A stretch of DNA of 63,931 nucleotides, filler included, from Reclinomonas americana ATCC 50394 (taxonomy: Eukaryota), in the NCBI GenBank assembly GCA_048213135.1. It is 23 parts of 23 records of this genome, joined end to end, with 100 filler letters (N's around TTAATTAATTAA, not from the genome) between each part and the next. Parts side by side here need not be neighbours in the genome. Positions count along the whole stretch, not along the records: positions 40,003 to 43,208 come from AFZH01023019.1; positions 43,309 to 46,194 come from AFZH01023020.1; positions 46,295 to 48,766 come from AFZH01023021.1; positions 48,867 to 50,453 come from AFZH01023022.1; positions 50,554 to 52,266 come from AFZH01023023.1; positions 52,367 to 54,104 come from AFZH01023024.1; positions 54,205 to 55,756 come from AFZH01023025.1; positions 55,857 to 57,241 come from AFZH01023026.1; 15 more parts are not named here. One strand, given 5' to 3'. This document shows, piece after piece, positions 43,094-56,500 of this stretch (positions are counted from its first letter, which is position 1; every line of letters starts with the position of its first letter). The notes beneath the pieces are model-generated. The model worked only from the letters and a program-made list of their open reading frames with translations. It made no database searches and was not told the DNA's origin. Made by a program: the position numbers and the translations under genes.

Positions 43094-45649
43094 TCATTTC
43101 GCCAGCGTCATCTTCTCAATCTTGGCCACAATGTGCTTGCCGTACGTGTACCTGTGTGAGCCACATGCGGAGTCAGCGACATGCTCTGTCGGAGACACGC
43201 ACAACAAANNNNNNNNNNNNNNNNNNNNNNNNNNNNNNNNNNNNNNNNNNNNTTAATTAATTAANNNNNNNNNNNNNNNNNNNNNNNNNNNNNNNNNNNN
43301 NNNNNNNNGTTGCACGCTTGGCAGTGAGGACATAAACACCGACACATACACAGAATGCTACAAACACACCTCCAACACGTGTTGCACCACGTAGTTGCCG
43401 TACTGATCCGCCGCCAACATGTCAACACACTGCAGTATCTCATGCAGTATTGGTCGCTTCTGCTCGTCGACACAGTACTCCAGGATCCGCTGTATCACGC
43501 GGCAGCCGTACGCGTGCTTCGCCATGTCCAACACGTTGTGGGCGAAGTCGTTCACAATGAACTGGATGTGTGGAGCGGGTACACGCTCAATGCACTGCAA
43601 AATAAGAAAACATGTTCGTCAGTACCACACACGCTCACACGCAAGCATCGCAGCGCTGAATACGGTTGGTTGTTGCACGCACCTTCTGGACCACGTGATT
43701 ACCGTTCTGATCCCGAACGCATTGCATCACACTGCCCTTCAGCTCGTTGACAATCGCCACTTGCTCAGCTTCGCTGATGACCTCCAGCGCCTGGTTCAAT
43801 AACACACACTCCGCTCATGAGCCACTGCAGTTGGTCATGCAACACACACGCACACACACACACAAGCACACTGAATCTCTTCCTTTCTCTCCCCCTTTCT
43901 CTCGCTCTTCCTATCCCTCCTCTCTCTCTCCTTCTCTTCCTCTTTCTCTCGCTCTTCCTATCCCCCCCTCTCTCTCTTTCCCCTCCCTCTCACACTCGTC
44001 CACCAACCTTCTGAATAACACGGCAACCGTACATTTGCAAAGCCAGATCCAGCACGCCGCCCTGCATGCTGCGCGCGATCTCGGTGCGATGTCGCTGCAG
44101 ACCTGTGTGACGCGTCCAGCAACGGTGAGCGACGCACGCAACCAGCACACGCGCGAACGAACGCACCGAATTCCAACAATTTCTGAATAACATAGTTGCC
44201 AAACACATCGACCATGAGACTTCCGGAGTCCTGGATAACCTCGCTGAACACGAGCTCTTTCTCCTCATCCGTGGCGGTCTCCAGCCGTTGCTGAATGAAC
44301 CGCGAACCGTGCTGATCACGAGAGAACTCCACAATGTGTCCCGTCAGATCGCGCAAATCCCAGTTGCGTGCACCCATCTTGCCCGACGGATCGCGGAACT
44401 GTTCCAGCAGCTCGGACCGCGGCACACCGTCTGGCGGAGCGCGGTGATGCGGCAACTGACCACCACGACCACCTGCAACAACCAACAAGTTCTTAGTGAG
44501 CTGACAACAGCACACACTCGCTCATTGCTTTGTGCGTACCACGAGGTGGATTGAATGCACGAGGTCCACCACCGGGAGTCGCTTGCATCGCTCGTGATTT
44601 GAGGGGTCGATACTCGCGATCGTCGCTCGTGTCACCCTCCTGCAGCGAGCACGTGAATATGCAAGACGCGTGTCACTGCAAACAACCTCACGAAAATCGT
44701 ACCATCCCGTGCATGCCACCTCCACCACCACCGCCGCCACCACCCATGTGACCACCGCCATTCCTCCGAGGCTGCGGTCGTCCCACATTCATGGCGTACA
44801 TGCCACCTTGATTGCGCGGCTGCTGTCGGGCAGGAGAGTGAGACGCATAGAGAGGGACTGAGTGATGTCGCACACATAGACACACCATCGAGTCCCAGCC
44901 CGGCGCGCCCTGATACTCGTCGTACATGGGCGGCTGCGGTGCCATGTGCATCTTTGCGGGTCCGGCCGGCGCATTCATCATGGCGTGCGGTGGTCGGGCC
45001 GCCGGCTGCGCGTAAAACATGTAGGGTGGTGCGTTTGCTGCGACGTGCACCACAGCGCGTCAGGGACACAGCGATACAAGCGAAAAAAGAGCGAGCCACA
45101 TACCGTACTGCGCTGGCAAGGCGGCGGGCGCATACATCTGTCCATACGGAAGGCCGGCCGGTGGATACATTTGACCATACGGCGGCGGCGGTGGTGGCAT
45201 CTGTCGCAAGTCGGCCTCGGGTGGGGGAGCCATCATGGCGTGAGGGTACTGAGCCATCGAGTTCACCATTGCGGGAGGTGCACCCGACTGCGCCTGAGCA
45301 ACCATCGGGGCCAGTGACATGGAGTGGAACTGCGATGCCAGCTCGTCATGCATCGCCGACTGCGGTACCGATTGTGGTGCCGGCGGCGGCTGCATGTGTT
45401 GCAGGTGCAGTGGGTGCGGCGCCGGTGCCATGTGAGGGTGCTGCATGTAGGCGGCAGGTCCCTGTGGCGTTGGCATGACCGGAGGAGCGTTCGGGGCAGA
45501 AAAGTCACGGAAGCCATTCGGGCCGCGCGGATCCGTCCACGCTACCGGCATCGGTGGCGCAGCGGGTGGACCAGGCATGTGCTGCACGGCCAACGGCAGC
45601 TGTTGCTGTTGCTGTTGTTGCTGTTGCTGTTGTTGCTGTTGCTGCTGCT

Positions 45650-45693
<44 letters not shown>

Positions 45694-45923
45694 TGTTGAA
45701 GTTGTGGTTGTTGGGGCGGTGCCGCGTACTGCGCAGTCGAGGGCACCGACTGCATGCCGGCCGACAAGGCCACTCGTGCCGACGGCATGGCTGGTGGCGG
45801 ATTGCCTACCCCGTGTGTACCTTGAGCCTTGTAAAAGTACTCTGGCGCATTCATCGTCTCCTGCAACAGCATGCCCCCGCGTGCCACCGATGCTGGCTTG
45901 CCGGCCGACGACGGTGGGTAGGC
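43094..45923 (-). CDS. PUM: Pumilio/PUF RNA-binding protein with Q/P-rich N-terminal region; repeats 7-8 in gap
   Basis: RSELLEQFR, GHIVEFSRDQHGSRFIQQRLE, DVFGNYVIQK, QMYGCRVIQK, DQNGNHVVQK, HAYGCRVIQR, DQYGNYVVQH, gap, YTYGKHIVAKIEK. The visible recognition triads (SRQ, NYQ, CRQ, NHQ, CRQ, NYQ) are those of canonical Pumilio. Confidence 0.96.
45598..45712 (-). repeat. Coding CAG/CAA polyglutamine tract in Pumilio
   Basis: About 30 consecutive Gln codons in ORF 45060..45986. Confidence 0.9.
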
Positions 45924-46738
45924 CTGCGTGTCCATGTAAGCGAGAGAAGTCGACAGGGCTCGCGAAGGGCGCGCGCGCACACACACACAAAAGCAATCAT
46001 TGATTCACTCACTCACTCTTTCTCTAGTTTACTCACTCACTGCACTCAAACACAAGCAGTAATTGACTCACTCACTCACTTTCTCGCTGCACTCAATCTC
46101 TCGCTCACACACTCACACCCTTCCCTTCCCTTTCCTTCCTTACCTCTCTTCCCTCCCTTCCCTCTTCTCTTCCCTTCCCTTCCCTTCCTCTTCCNNNNNN
46201 NNNNNNNNNNNNNNNNNNNNNNNNNNNNNNNNNNNNNNTTAATTAATTAANNNNNNNNNNNNNNNNNNNNNNNNNNNNNNNNNNNNNNNNNNNNGAGAGA
46301 CTGAGAGAGTCAGATCTCTCGCCTTGAAATGAATGCAAACAGATAAACGGACGGCACACACAAATTCTGTCCCTGTATTCTGTCAAGAGAGAAGGAGCAG
46401 AGCGCAAGAGATTGTCTGGTTCTCTTCCTGTAGGCACCCCATACAAAGAGACGGCAGGACAGGCGCAAGGTCTGCCTCTGTCTGCGCTGACTTCTCTCGA
46501 GTAAGAGAGGAAGAAAGAATGATACAAATGAGTGGAGGATTAGGAGTGACGAGCAAGTAAAGTGCAGCTGCTAGTCTCCTTCCACCCAAAAGCACTCGTT
46601 GGTCCTCGCAAACATTGTCAATGAATCTTCTCTGAAAAGCGAAAAACAACTGGACTTGCTCTCCATATTGACCCAAGTCAATGAAGAGTGCAACTCAAGC
46701 AGAGAGACACACACAGAGTAAGACAGAGTCCGACAGAC

Positions 46739-46785
<47 letters not shown>

Positions 46786-47276
46786 GGACGAACAGAGACA
46801 GAGACAGATAGACAGACAGACACACAGACAGACAGACAGGCAGGCAGGCAGATAGACAGACAGACAGACAGAGAGAGAGAGGGAGGGAGAGAGAGCGAGA
46901 GAGAGAGACATACAGACAGACAGAAAAACAAACAGACAGACAGACAAGCAGGCAGGAAGGCAGACAGACAGATAGATAGACAGACAGACATACAGACAGA
47001 CAGACATACAGACAGACAGAGAGAGAGAGAGGGAGGGAGAGAGAGTGAGAGAGTGAGTGCAAGGTCGCACCACACACAAATGCACTTGATTTTTGGGAGT
47101 CCTGTCACTAAATCTCGCTGCGTGCAATGGCTCGCAAGGGGCTGATTTGCGGAGACACAAAGATAACGAGACGTCTTCCTCAAACAACTGAGTCTTCCCT
47201 CCGTCGCTCTCCCTTTCCCTCCCTTCCTTTCCCTCCCCCTCCCTCCCTCCCTCCCTCTCCCCCTCACACCCACTCA

Positions 47277-48048
47277 CCCTCCTCTGCACCCTCCTGCTGC
47301 CGCGCAATGGCCGTCACACACTCCTCCACAAACTTGTCCACCACGTCGGACTGTGGCGTGAAATCACTCTCACCGCCGTCGATGGGCGCGCAATCCGCAC
47401 CCGCAAAACTGAATGTTCCCGACACGCGCGGCGAGCGGGCCAGCGGAGAGCGCGAGCCCGGCGAGATGGGCGCAGCGCCAGTGGGCGATGGCGCAGCGAT
47501 GCCCTCCACCGCCGACGGCGCCGACACGGCGAACGCGGGAGCACCCGAGTTGGCACGATCGCGAATAGGATGCGCGGCTGGCTGCAGCATGACGGAAGGT
47601 GCGGGGGCGGGAGCGGAAGAACCACCGCCTCCACCGCCGCCACCTATCGAGTCGCGCACACAGGTGGTGCAGAATTGCTGAATGGCGAGGATGGCGCTCT
47701 GGGGGAGGCCGGCGGCGGGGACAAGGGAGGAGAGTTGTTCGCGGCATTCGCGGACGGTTTTGATGCCCTGAGGGAAGTGAGAAGGGGAGGCGAGGGAGAG
47801 GAATGAGAATTAGAAATGGATTCTATCCTTGTCCCGCCCTTCTTCTCTCACACAAACCTTGGCCGACAACACATCCGTCACACTCTGCGACTGCTCCGCG
47901 CTCCAGTTCAAGCGTCGCCCGATAATCCCAATCACCACGCGGATCGGAGTCGGAGCCGATACGACCTCGCTCTCGTCGCGTGGTCCGGCGATCAGGACGG
48001 GGGCGGAGGCGGCGGAAGCTGCGGAAGCTGATGCGGCGGAGGCGGCTG
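47277..48048 (-). CDS. Two coding exons, possibly upstream exons of the Pumilio gene or a separate hypothetical gene
   Basis: AASAASAS...IRVVIGIIGRRLNWSAEQSQSVTDVLSAK|GIKTVREC...VVDKFVEECVTAIARQQEGAEE with GT-AG boundaries. Same strand as PUM but separated by the gap at 46195. Confidence 0.6.
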
Positions 48049-48866
48049 TGTGAGGGGGGAAGTGAGTGAGGAAGAGGGAGGGAGAGAGAGGGGGAGAGGG
48101 GGGAGGAGAGAGACGCACAGACAAACACAGAGAGATAAAGAAAGAGAAAAAGGGCGAATGATACACAACGACAGAGAATGTGAAGTGCATGATCGAAGGT
48201 AGAAAAGGAGGCATTGAGAGAGGAGTGTTTCAACCAAGGAACGAAACAAACACGCATTTGAAGACAACGAGGGTGCGAGGGGAGTGTGAAGAGAATGTGT
48301 AACGCAAATTAGCAGACTCACAATAAGGAGCAATGAGAGAGGGCGTGTGTCACTATCACATAACGCAAACAGAGAAGACCGAATGCGCAAGAGTGACTGC
48401 GTGCGAGAAAGAGAATAAGACGCGCAGGGGAAAGAATGAATTGTTCCTTTTTAAGCTTTGCTGTAATGTGGTGAGATACACGTCCCCCATTACTCTCCCT
48501 CTCTCACTAACACACACACACACACATGCGCGCGCGCGTGTATAGACAGAGCGAGTGAGAGTATGAAGTGCGCGCAATCGGACAACATCATCAAGAGTGT
48601 CATGACACACGCGCACATAACAACAGCAAACAAGAGAGAGAGAGAGAGAGAGAGAGACAGGCACAGAGGGAGAGAGTGTGAGAGAGACAGAGTGTGAGTG
48701 AAAGAGCGAAAACACCCACTCATTCAAGCTCTCACACATTATGCGCGTATGAGTGCGTATGAGTGCNNNNNNNNNNNNNNNNNNNNNNNNNNNNNNNNNN
48801 NNNNNNNNNNTTAATTAATTAANNNNNNNNNNNNNNNNNNNNNNNNNNNNNNNNNNNNNNNNNNNN

Positions 48867-48899
<33 letters not shown>

Positions 48900-48926
48900 C
48901 TCTCTCTCCTCCTCCTCCTCCTCCTC

Positions 48927-49003
<77 letters not shown>

Positions 49004-49029
49004 TTCAAATTTCTCATTTGTTGCAGTCC

Positions 49030-50267
49030 ATGGCCGGCGACTTGCAGCGCATCTCGCTGCCGACTGCCGTTCGCAGCCTGCGTCAATCGGCAGATGGTCG
49101 GCGTCTGGCGGTCATCAGTGATGATGTCGGAGGTACCATTGTGGACTTTAGCAGCTCTCGCGACCCTCCGCAGCGGCGTGCGAATCCCTCGACAGCATTC
49201 CGGTCCCCGATGCATATGCGATCCATGGCGTGTATTCCTGGAGGCGACGACGGTGGCAGTGTGATTGTTAGTGACTGGGCCCGCTTCTTCTCGCGCGTGG
49301 ATGGGAGCTGGAGAGTGGCGTGGTCCCGTGACACAGGCGAATCTGTAGTGGTGAGCGTGTGTCTGTCTCTCGACGGCGCGTCGTTTGTGACGGTCGCGCG
49401 AAACGCTACCGTGTGTGCCCGGTCTATCGACACTGGCGCTCTCTTGTGGAGGACGAGGTTGTATCCGGAGACCACGGCGTACTCTGCCGTGACAACTCGA
49501 GACGGCAACATTCTCGCGACTACGCGCCGCTACGCCCACGTGCTGCGCATGTGTGACGGCCGCAGGATGCTCAGCTTATTCTATCCACTCGCGGAGATGA
49601 TGTCGTGCGCCGCATCGCCCACTGCCAATCTGGTCGCCACAGGCGCGTCGGATTACCGAGTGCGGGTGTGGTCCGTCGTGTCATGGAAAGTGCTCCAGAC
49701 ACTGGTGGGCCACACAAACAGTGTTAGCGCCTTGGCATTCTTTCCCTCTGGGGCGTTCCTTGCCAGCGCATCCTATGGTTTGTTGTTCCCGCACTTTGCA
49801 GCATGTTCCAGTCTCTGACATGCTGCTGACCACATGCACTGTTCCCGGCCCCACCAGATCGCTCGGTTCGCATTTGGTGTCCTTCAACTGGCGAACAACT
49901 CCAGCTGCTTTCCGGCCATTGTGGAGTGGTGTGCGACCTTATTGTTTCGAACCTAAATGGTCTGCCTGTGGGCTGCGCGCAAGACGGAACGATCCGAGTG
50001 TGGCAGGCTCATTCGGCCAAGTATGAAGTCGAGCTCGCCAAGCGGGAGTACGACGTGGCGAAGACGGCTCGTGATGCTGTCAGGGGATTGGCGGCGGCGA
50101 CGGTCGGCAACTACGCACTAGCGTCGCTTGTCCTCGACTGCTTTATAGTGGAGGACGCACGAGTGCAGTTGTGGAACGCCGACTGCGCACTCACCGATGC
50201 TCACGGTACTCACACCGACTTGCCGCGCGCGCGCTGTCATGATCACTCACTCATCCTCATTGTGTGA
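49030..50267 (+). CDS. WD40-repeat protein
   Basis: LVATGASDYRVRVWS, LQTLVGHTNSVSALAFFPSGAFLASASY|DRSVRIW and GCAQDGTIRVWQ; one intron near 49777-49857. Confidence 0.85.
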
Positions 50268-51253
50268 TGCAATGCGTTTCCCCTGCTCCCTCTCGTCGAC
50301 ATGTCGCAGCCGGCTTCGTTGCAACGGCCAACACAGACTGCAAGTGATCTTCCGGCTGCCAACATGCCTCCGTGTACTGTCCCGTAATTGAATGCAACTG
50401 TCGGAAGTCGGAAGTCGTCGTGTGCAATTGCAGCAACAAATGCGCAACAGCCANNNNNNNNNNNNNNNNNNNNNNNNNNNNNNNNNNNNNNNNNNNNTTA
50501 ATTAATTAANNNNNNNNNNNNNNNNNNNNNNNNNNNNNNNNNNNNNNNNNNNNTAGACAGCCACCAGTACCGTCCAGGCAACCAGGCAGCTTCCTCTGCA
50601 AAAACAAGAGAGAAACCAACTTCCGGACGCAGAAAGAAGAGGACATTGTTTTGTGAATGCCTTCCGCGTGCGGGTGCTGCATCGACGCCACTCGTTGCGC
50701 TCCTCTCTCTCCACCACCAACACACACACACATACACATGCTGACCAACCTTCTCCTCTCTCTCACACAGTGCCATGCTTGTGCACAACAGTGTGGTGCG
50801 TGCATGACACATTGAGTGTGTTCGAAATCATCGCTCACTCTCTCTCTCTCGTTCACACACAGCTGCGTCGGGCAGTTCAGTGTAAACTACAGCAAACTAT
50901 GTGCGTCGATCATGCGCTGTGTGTGTATATATGAGAGAGAGAGAGAGAAGAAGAAAGAGAGTGTGACTCCTCTTGCAACCACACAGATCGCGTCGAGGCC
51001 GCAGATGAGGCCTTTGAGGCGCCACTGAGCAGCGCTGAGAAATTCCGATGCTGCTGCCTGGCGGGCCTCAGTTACACTCATCTCCTCTCTCTCACTCTCC
51101 CTCCCTCACTCACTCACACTCGCCCTCTCTCACATAGGCGGTCTTCTCTGCTGCTGTGTTGCGTCACTCACGCCTTCTCTGTCACCTCCACTGCTCATCC
51201 TTCTGCCACAGATCCCCGTGTTGATGATCTCACAGCTGCCGGCGTTGCGTCGC

Positions 51254-53339
51254 ATGGAGGACCTCATCACCGACTCGGGTTACCACGACTGCTGCTCCAT
51301 CTCCGATGGCTGCTACACTGTCGGAAGTTCCGCGTAACGCCCTTGTACTCGCCTCCCTGCACATTTTGTTCACAGCGCTGCCACAGGCTGGCTCTGTCCT
51401 CCATGCTGCATCTGCTACATGGGCTACCGCGCCAATCGCATACAGCGCGCACTGGCGAACGGCGTCGCGCAGAGTCCGTGGCTGGTGGCGCAACCCGAAC
51501 CCGCGGCGCCTGTGCTTGTCAATCCGTACACGGTGTCGCCTGTGCAGTCGCCGCCTCCGTTGCTTGTCAACACGGCACCGCAGCAGCCTCCGCGACCGGC
51601 GTATGCGCCACCACCGCCGCCCATGTCGCCTGTGTCCATTCGGCGCGTGCTCGACGGGAGCCTGCGGTGTGAATCGTGTCTTGGCAGTGAGCGTGGCATG
51701 GCGGTGTTTGCGCTGCAGTGCACGCATGGGTTGCATGCCGAGTGCTTGGTGGCCGCGCTGCGCCACGATATGCAGGCCAATCGCCGATTGCAGTGTGCGA
51801 GTACTGGGTGTCGCAGGGGTGAGTGTGAGGGAAAGAACGGAAGAGAGGCAGTGGAGAAGAGAGACTAGTGCTGTTGGTATCCTCTCTCTCTCTTTTCATA
51901 CCCTTCTCCTCTGATTAAGTCTGCTTGCAAGCACACATCTGGTGTGGAAGGAGGCGCTCCTATCCCTCTCCGTCTCTCCCTCCGTGGGAGGAAGTAGAAG
52001 GAGGAAGGAAAAAGGAAAAGAGAGAGGGTGGGAATAGAGGGAAGGAACAGGATGAAGAAGGAGTGGAGGGACAATGGGAAGGAGAAGGGAAGGAAAAGCA
52101 GGAAAGTTGAGGGGGAATGGAACAGTCTCCTTCCCCCTTCACCTTCCCCCTTCTCCCCACTTATCCTTCTCCCTTTTCCTTACCCCTGTTCCTTCCCCCC
52201 TCTCCTTCCCCCTTCTCCTTCCCCCCTCACCTTCCCCTGTTCCTTCCCCGCTCTCCTTCCCCCTTCNNNNNNNNNNNNNNNNNNNNNNNNNNNNNNNNNN
52301 NNNNNNNNNNTTAATTAATTAANNNNNNNNNNNNNNNNNNNNNNNNNNNNNNNNNNNNNNNNNNNNCCTATCCTGTGTCCTTGTCCCCTGTTGCCTTCCA
52401 TCCTGTTCCTTCTCACTGTTCCTTCCCCCTTCACCTTCCCCCTTCCCTTTTCCTCTTCTCCCTTCTCACCCTCTCCCTTCCCCCGTTCCCCCTCCATCAG
52501 AGGTCGCCCCGGAAATCGTGAGCGCCGCCGCCGCGGACCAGCGAGCCGCCGCTCTCGCCGACGACTACCACGACTTCCTCAACCGCCAGTTCGTGACCGC
52601 TGTGCTCCACGGCATCGCTTGCCCCAACGAGCAGGTACGCATGAAGTACTTCCCACCTCCTCCTTTATCACCTCGCTCATCGCTGCTCCGTCTTCGCAGT
52701 GCCGCACCATGATCGAAGCCGGTGACGTGCAGCAGACCGTGGTCGACTGTGCCGCGTGCAAGACCAGGTCCATGCATCCAGTACATTCCGCCTTTGTATT
52801 GCTGTCTCACTCACCGTCTGATGTACAGGTTCTGCGCGCGATGCGGACGCCGCCGCCCGGCAGGCGCCAACACCTGCGATGGATGCGACACGGCAGAGAG
52901 CTCACTGAACACTGTCCTCCAGCAGTGTGGACTGAAGAAGATCAGCGGTCTGCCGGGTGACGTGCCGGCCGTGCGCGCGTGTCCGCGATGCCGCAACCCA
53001 ATTGGTCAGTATTTCTTCGCCTGCCGCAGCGTATATTCTCTTTCTTTGCGTCGCTCACTGAACGCAGAGCATGCCGAGGCGTGCAAGCACATGAAATGTC
53101 AGGCGGTGCGTTGTGCGACTGTGAGAGTGCTGCACTGTAATAACGCTCACTCGCGTCATCTTACAGTGCCAAGCCGAATTCTGTTTCCGCTGCTTGCAGG
53201 TCAAGCCCGAGGGAGGCACATGGCCGTTGCGTGCTTTGTGACACACCTATTTTATGAACAGCGATTGAACTGTTGTCTTTCACACAGGTGCGGCTCCTTC
53301 AATCACCCTTGCGACATTGCACCACGGCAGCGCTTTTGA
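51254..53339 (+). CDS. RING-between-RING (RBR) E3 ubiquitin ligase
   Basis: RING1 CESC...CTHGLHAEC...CASTGC; IBR ACPNEQ|C...CAACKT|RFCARC; RING2 RACPRCRNPI|EHAEACKHMKC|CQAEFCFRC, with the catalytic Cys in the CxHMxC context. The start is uncertain. Confidence 0.88.
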
Positions 53340-53522
53340 TACTTCCCGTCGTGTCATGGGAATAGATAAAAAATTCACACCATTTTACGTAAGAGCAACT
53401 GAGCTCATCGTGGCTGGTGGACGAGCGGCAACAATTATACTCTTACGGACAGCCAAGCAGAGTCGAATGGTGGAAAAACGGACAGAAAACAAATACGGTT
53501 TATGTGTGGGGCATGCTGGAAA

Positions 53523-56500
53523 TCAACACGGGAACACATACACCAGATCGGCAGCGGCTACCAGCTCGCTGCCGTCACTGCTAGAGGCCACAGCCATCCA
53601 CGCGCGACTGATGTCACGCGCCGTCCACGTCACGCCAGAGTCGCTAGACACGAACACCTGGTCTCCAGCCGCCACAGCCGCCAGCTTCGTGCCGTCACTG
53701 CTCGACGTCACACCCATCCACGCACGACTGGAATCGCGAGCCGTCCACGTCACGCCCGAATCACTCGACGTGTAGATCTGACCACCATTCACCACCGCCA
53801 CCAGCTTCGTGCCGTCACTGCTCGACGCCACGCCGCTCCATGCACGGTTCGAATCGCGAGCCGTCCACGTCACGCCCGAGTCGGTCGACGTGTAGATCTG
53901 GCCACCGTTCACCACCGCCACCAGCTTCGTGCCGTCGCTGCTCGATGCCACACCACTCCACGCGCGATTCGAATTGCGAGGCGTCCACATCGCGCCAGAA
54001 TTGATCGACGTGTACAACTGGCCATTCGTCACCGCAGCCACCAACTTGGTGCCGTCGCTGCTCGACGCAACTGAAATCCAGTTGCGATTCGCATCACGAG
54101 CAGTNNNNNNNNNNNNNNNNNNNNNNNNNNNNNNNNNNNNNNNNNNNNTTAATTAATTAANNNNNNNNNNNNNNNNNNNNNNNNNNNNNNNNNNNNNNNN
54201 NNNNACCCGAGTCCGTCGACGTGTACACCTGACCAGGACTCACAACGGCCACCAGCTTCGTGCCATCGCTGCTCGACGCCACCGACACCCACGCACGATT
54301 GGAATCACGAGGTGTCCACGTCACGCCCGAATCCGTCGATGTGTACACCTTGTCGTTGTTCGTCACGGCCACCAACTTCGTACCGTCGCTGCTGGACGCC
54401 ACCGCTAGCCACATCCGATTCGAATCACGAGGTGTCCACGTTGCACCCGAGTTCGTCGACGTGTAGATCCTGTTGTCTGTCACCACAGCCACCAGCTTCG
54501 TGCCGTCACTGCTGGACGCCACCGACCGCCACATGCGATTCGAGTCTCGAGCCGTCCACGTCACACCCAAGTCGCTCGACGTGTATATCTGACCATTGTT
54601 CACCACGGCCGCCAACAATGTGCCGTCACCGTTGGACGTCACTCCAATCCAGTTGCGATTGGAATCACGAGCCGTCCACGTCACGCCAGAGTCGGTGGAC
54701 ACATAGATCTGACCACCAGTCACAGCCGCCACAAGCACAGTGCCATTGCTGCTCGATGCCACTGCACTCCAGGCCCGACTCGAATCTCGTGCCGTCCACG
54801 TCGTGCCAGAGTCCGTGGACGTGTAGATCTGACCAGGGTTCACTGTGGCCACCAGCTTCGTGCCGTCTGTGCTGGAGGCCACCGACGACCACTGGCCAAT
54901 GTACCCCAGTGTGGCCATTGTGGTGCACGTTGAGCAAGAGGGGCCTGTTTTTTTTTACACGACAACAACGAGTAAGCTCTCACAAATTCAAGAAGACAAC
55001 GAATAATGACATTGCTCACCAGTCCATGGACTGGAGCAGCTGCATGTTCCATCGGTGTTGCACGTTCCGTGGCCCGAACACGTGGTAGTGGGACTGCAGT
55101 TGCAGCTGGCATTGGTGTAGTCGCCAGTGCACAGACACGTTCCATCGCTGTTGCACGTTCCGTGACCAGAGCACGTGGCGGTGGGACTGCAGTTGCAGCT
55201 GGCATTGGTGTAGTCGCCCGTGCACAGGCATGTGCCGTCGGGGTTGCACGTTCCGTGGCCCGAACACATGGTAGTGGGACTGCAGTTGCAGCTGGCATTG
55301 GTGTAGTCGCCCGTGCACAGACACGTCCCGTCACTGTTGCAGCTGCCATGACCCGAGCACGTCGGAGTGGGACTGCAGTTGCAACTGGCATTGACGTAGT
55401 CGCCCGTGCACAGACACGTCCCGTCACTGTTGCAGCTGCCATGACCCGAGCACGTCGCAGTGGGACTGCAGTTGCAACTGGCATTGGTGTAGTCGCCAGT
55501 GCACTGGCAAGTTCCATTGGCGTTGCACGTTCCGTGACCAGAGCACGTGGCAGTGGGACTGCAGTTGCAGTTGGCATTGGTGTAGTCACCAGTGCACTGG
55601 CAAGTTCCATTGGCGTTGCACGTTCCGTGACCAGAGCACGTGGCAGTGGGACTGCAGTTGCAGTTGGCATTGGTATAGTCGCCCGTGCACAGACACGTAC
55701 CGTCGCTGTTGCAGCTGCCATGACCAGAACAGGTGGCAGTGGGACTGCAGTTGCAGNNNNNNNNNNNNNNNNNNNNNNNNNNNNNNNNNNNNNNNNNNNN
55801 TTAATTAATTAANNNNNNNNNNNNNNNNNNNNNNNNNNNNNNNNNNNNNNNNNNNNTTGGCATTGGTGTAGTCGCCCGTGCACAGGCACGTTCCATCGGT
55901 CTTGCACGTTCCGTGACCAGAGCAGGTGGTGGCCGCCACACAGTTCACATTACACGACGCACCGTAATAATTTGCGTCACACAGACACGTATTGTCACTC
56001 TTGCACATTCCGTGTCCAGAGCATGTCGTGGCGGGATTGCACGCAGCCACACAGTGTCCAGAATCACAGCTACCAGAGCAGCAGTCGCCACCAGTCGAGC
56101 AAGCAGCACCAAGTGCGGAACATGCACACTGCGCCGTGCCGTTCGCCTCAAAACACTCCTGCCCCTCGGCACATTGGGCCACGATCTGGGTGGTACCGGC
56201 AGTGCAGGTCAACACGGCACGATGATTCAGCGAGCACGTCGTGGTACCGTCGGGCAGCGTGCACACGCCGCAGTTGGAGCCGCCGTAACCGGCAGGGCAC
56301 GAAATCGGCGCGCCTTGCGCTGCACGACCAATCGCCACCCACGTCACGTACTCAACATCCGATGCGTCGGCGCCATTCGCACTGTACGAGATCGCCGTTA
56401 CATAGTCCTCGTTGCCGACACGCTTGGCGGTGAACTGCAGCGACTGCTTGTCGATACTGTTCCGCACAATCACTGCCGGCGATTTCCAGCCCCGCATGAA

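Noticed and set aside
45475..45699. Poly-Cys/poly-Leu ORFs on the + strand
   Set aside because: They are antisense shadows of the Pumilio polyQ tract.
53530..56035. Regular 120-nt and 90-nt repeats as a possible CRISPR-like array
   Set aside because: Unit lengths are multiples of three, variation is largely synonymous, there are no unique spacers, and the units encode BNR and EGF repeats.
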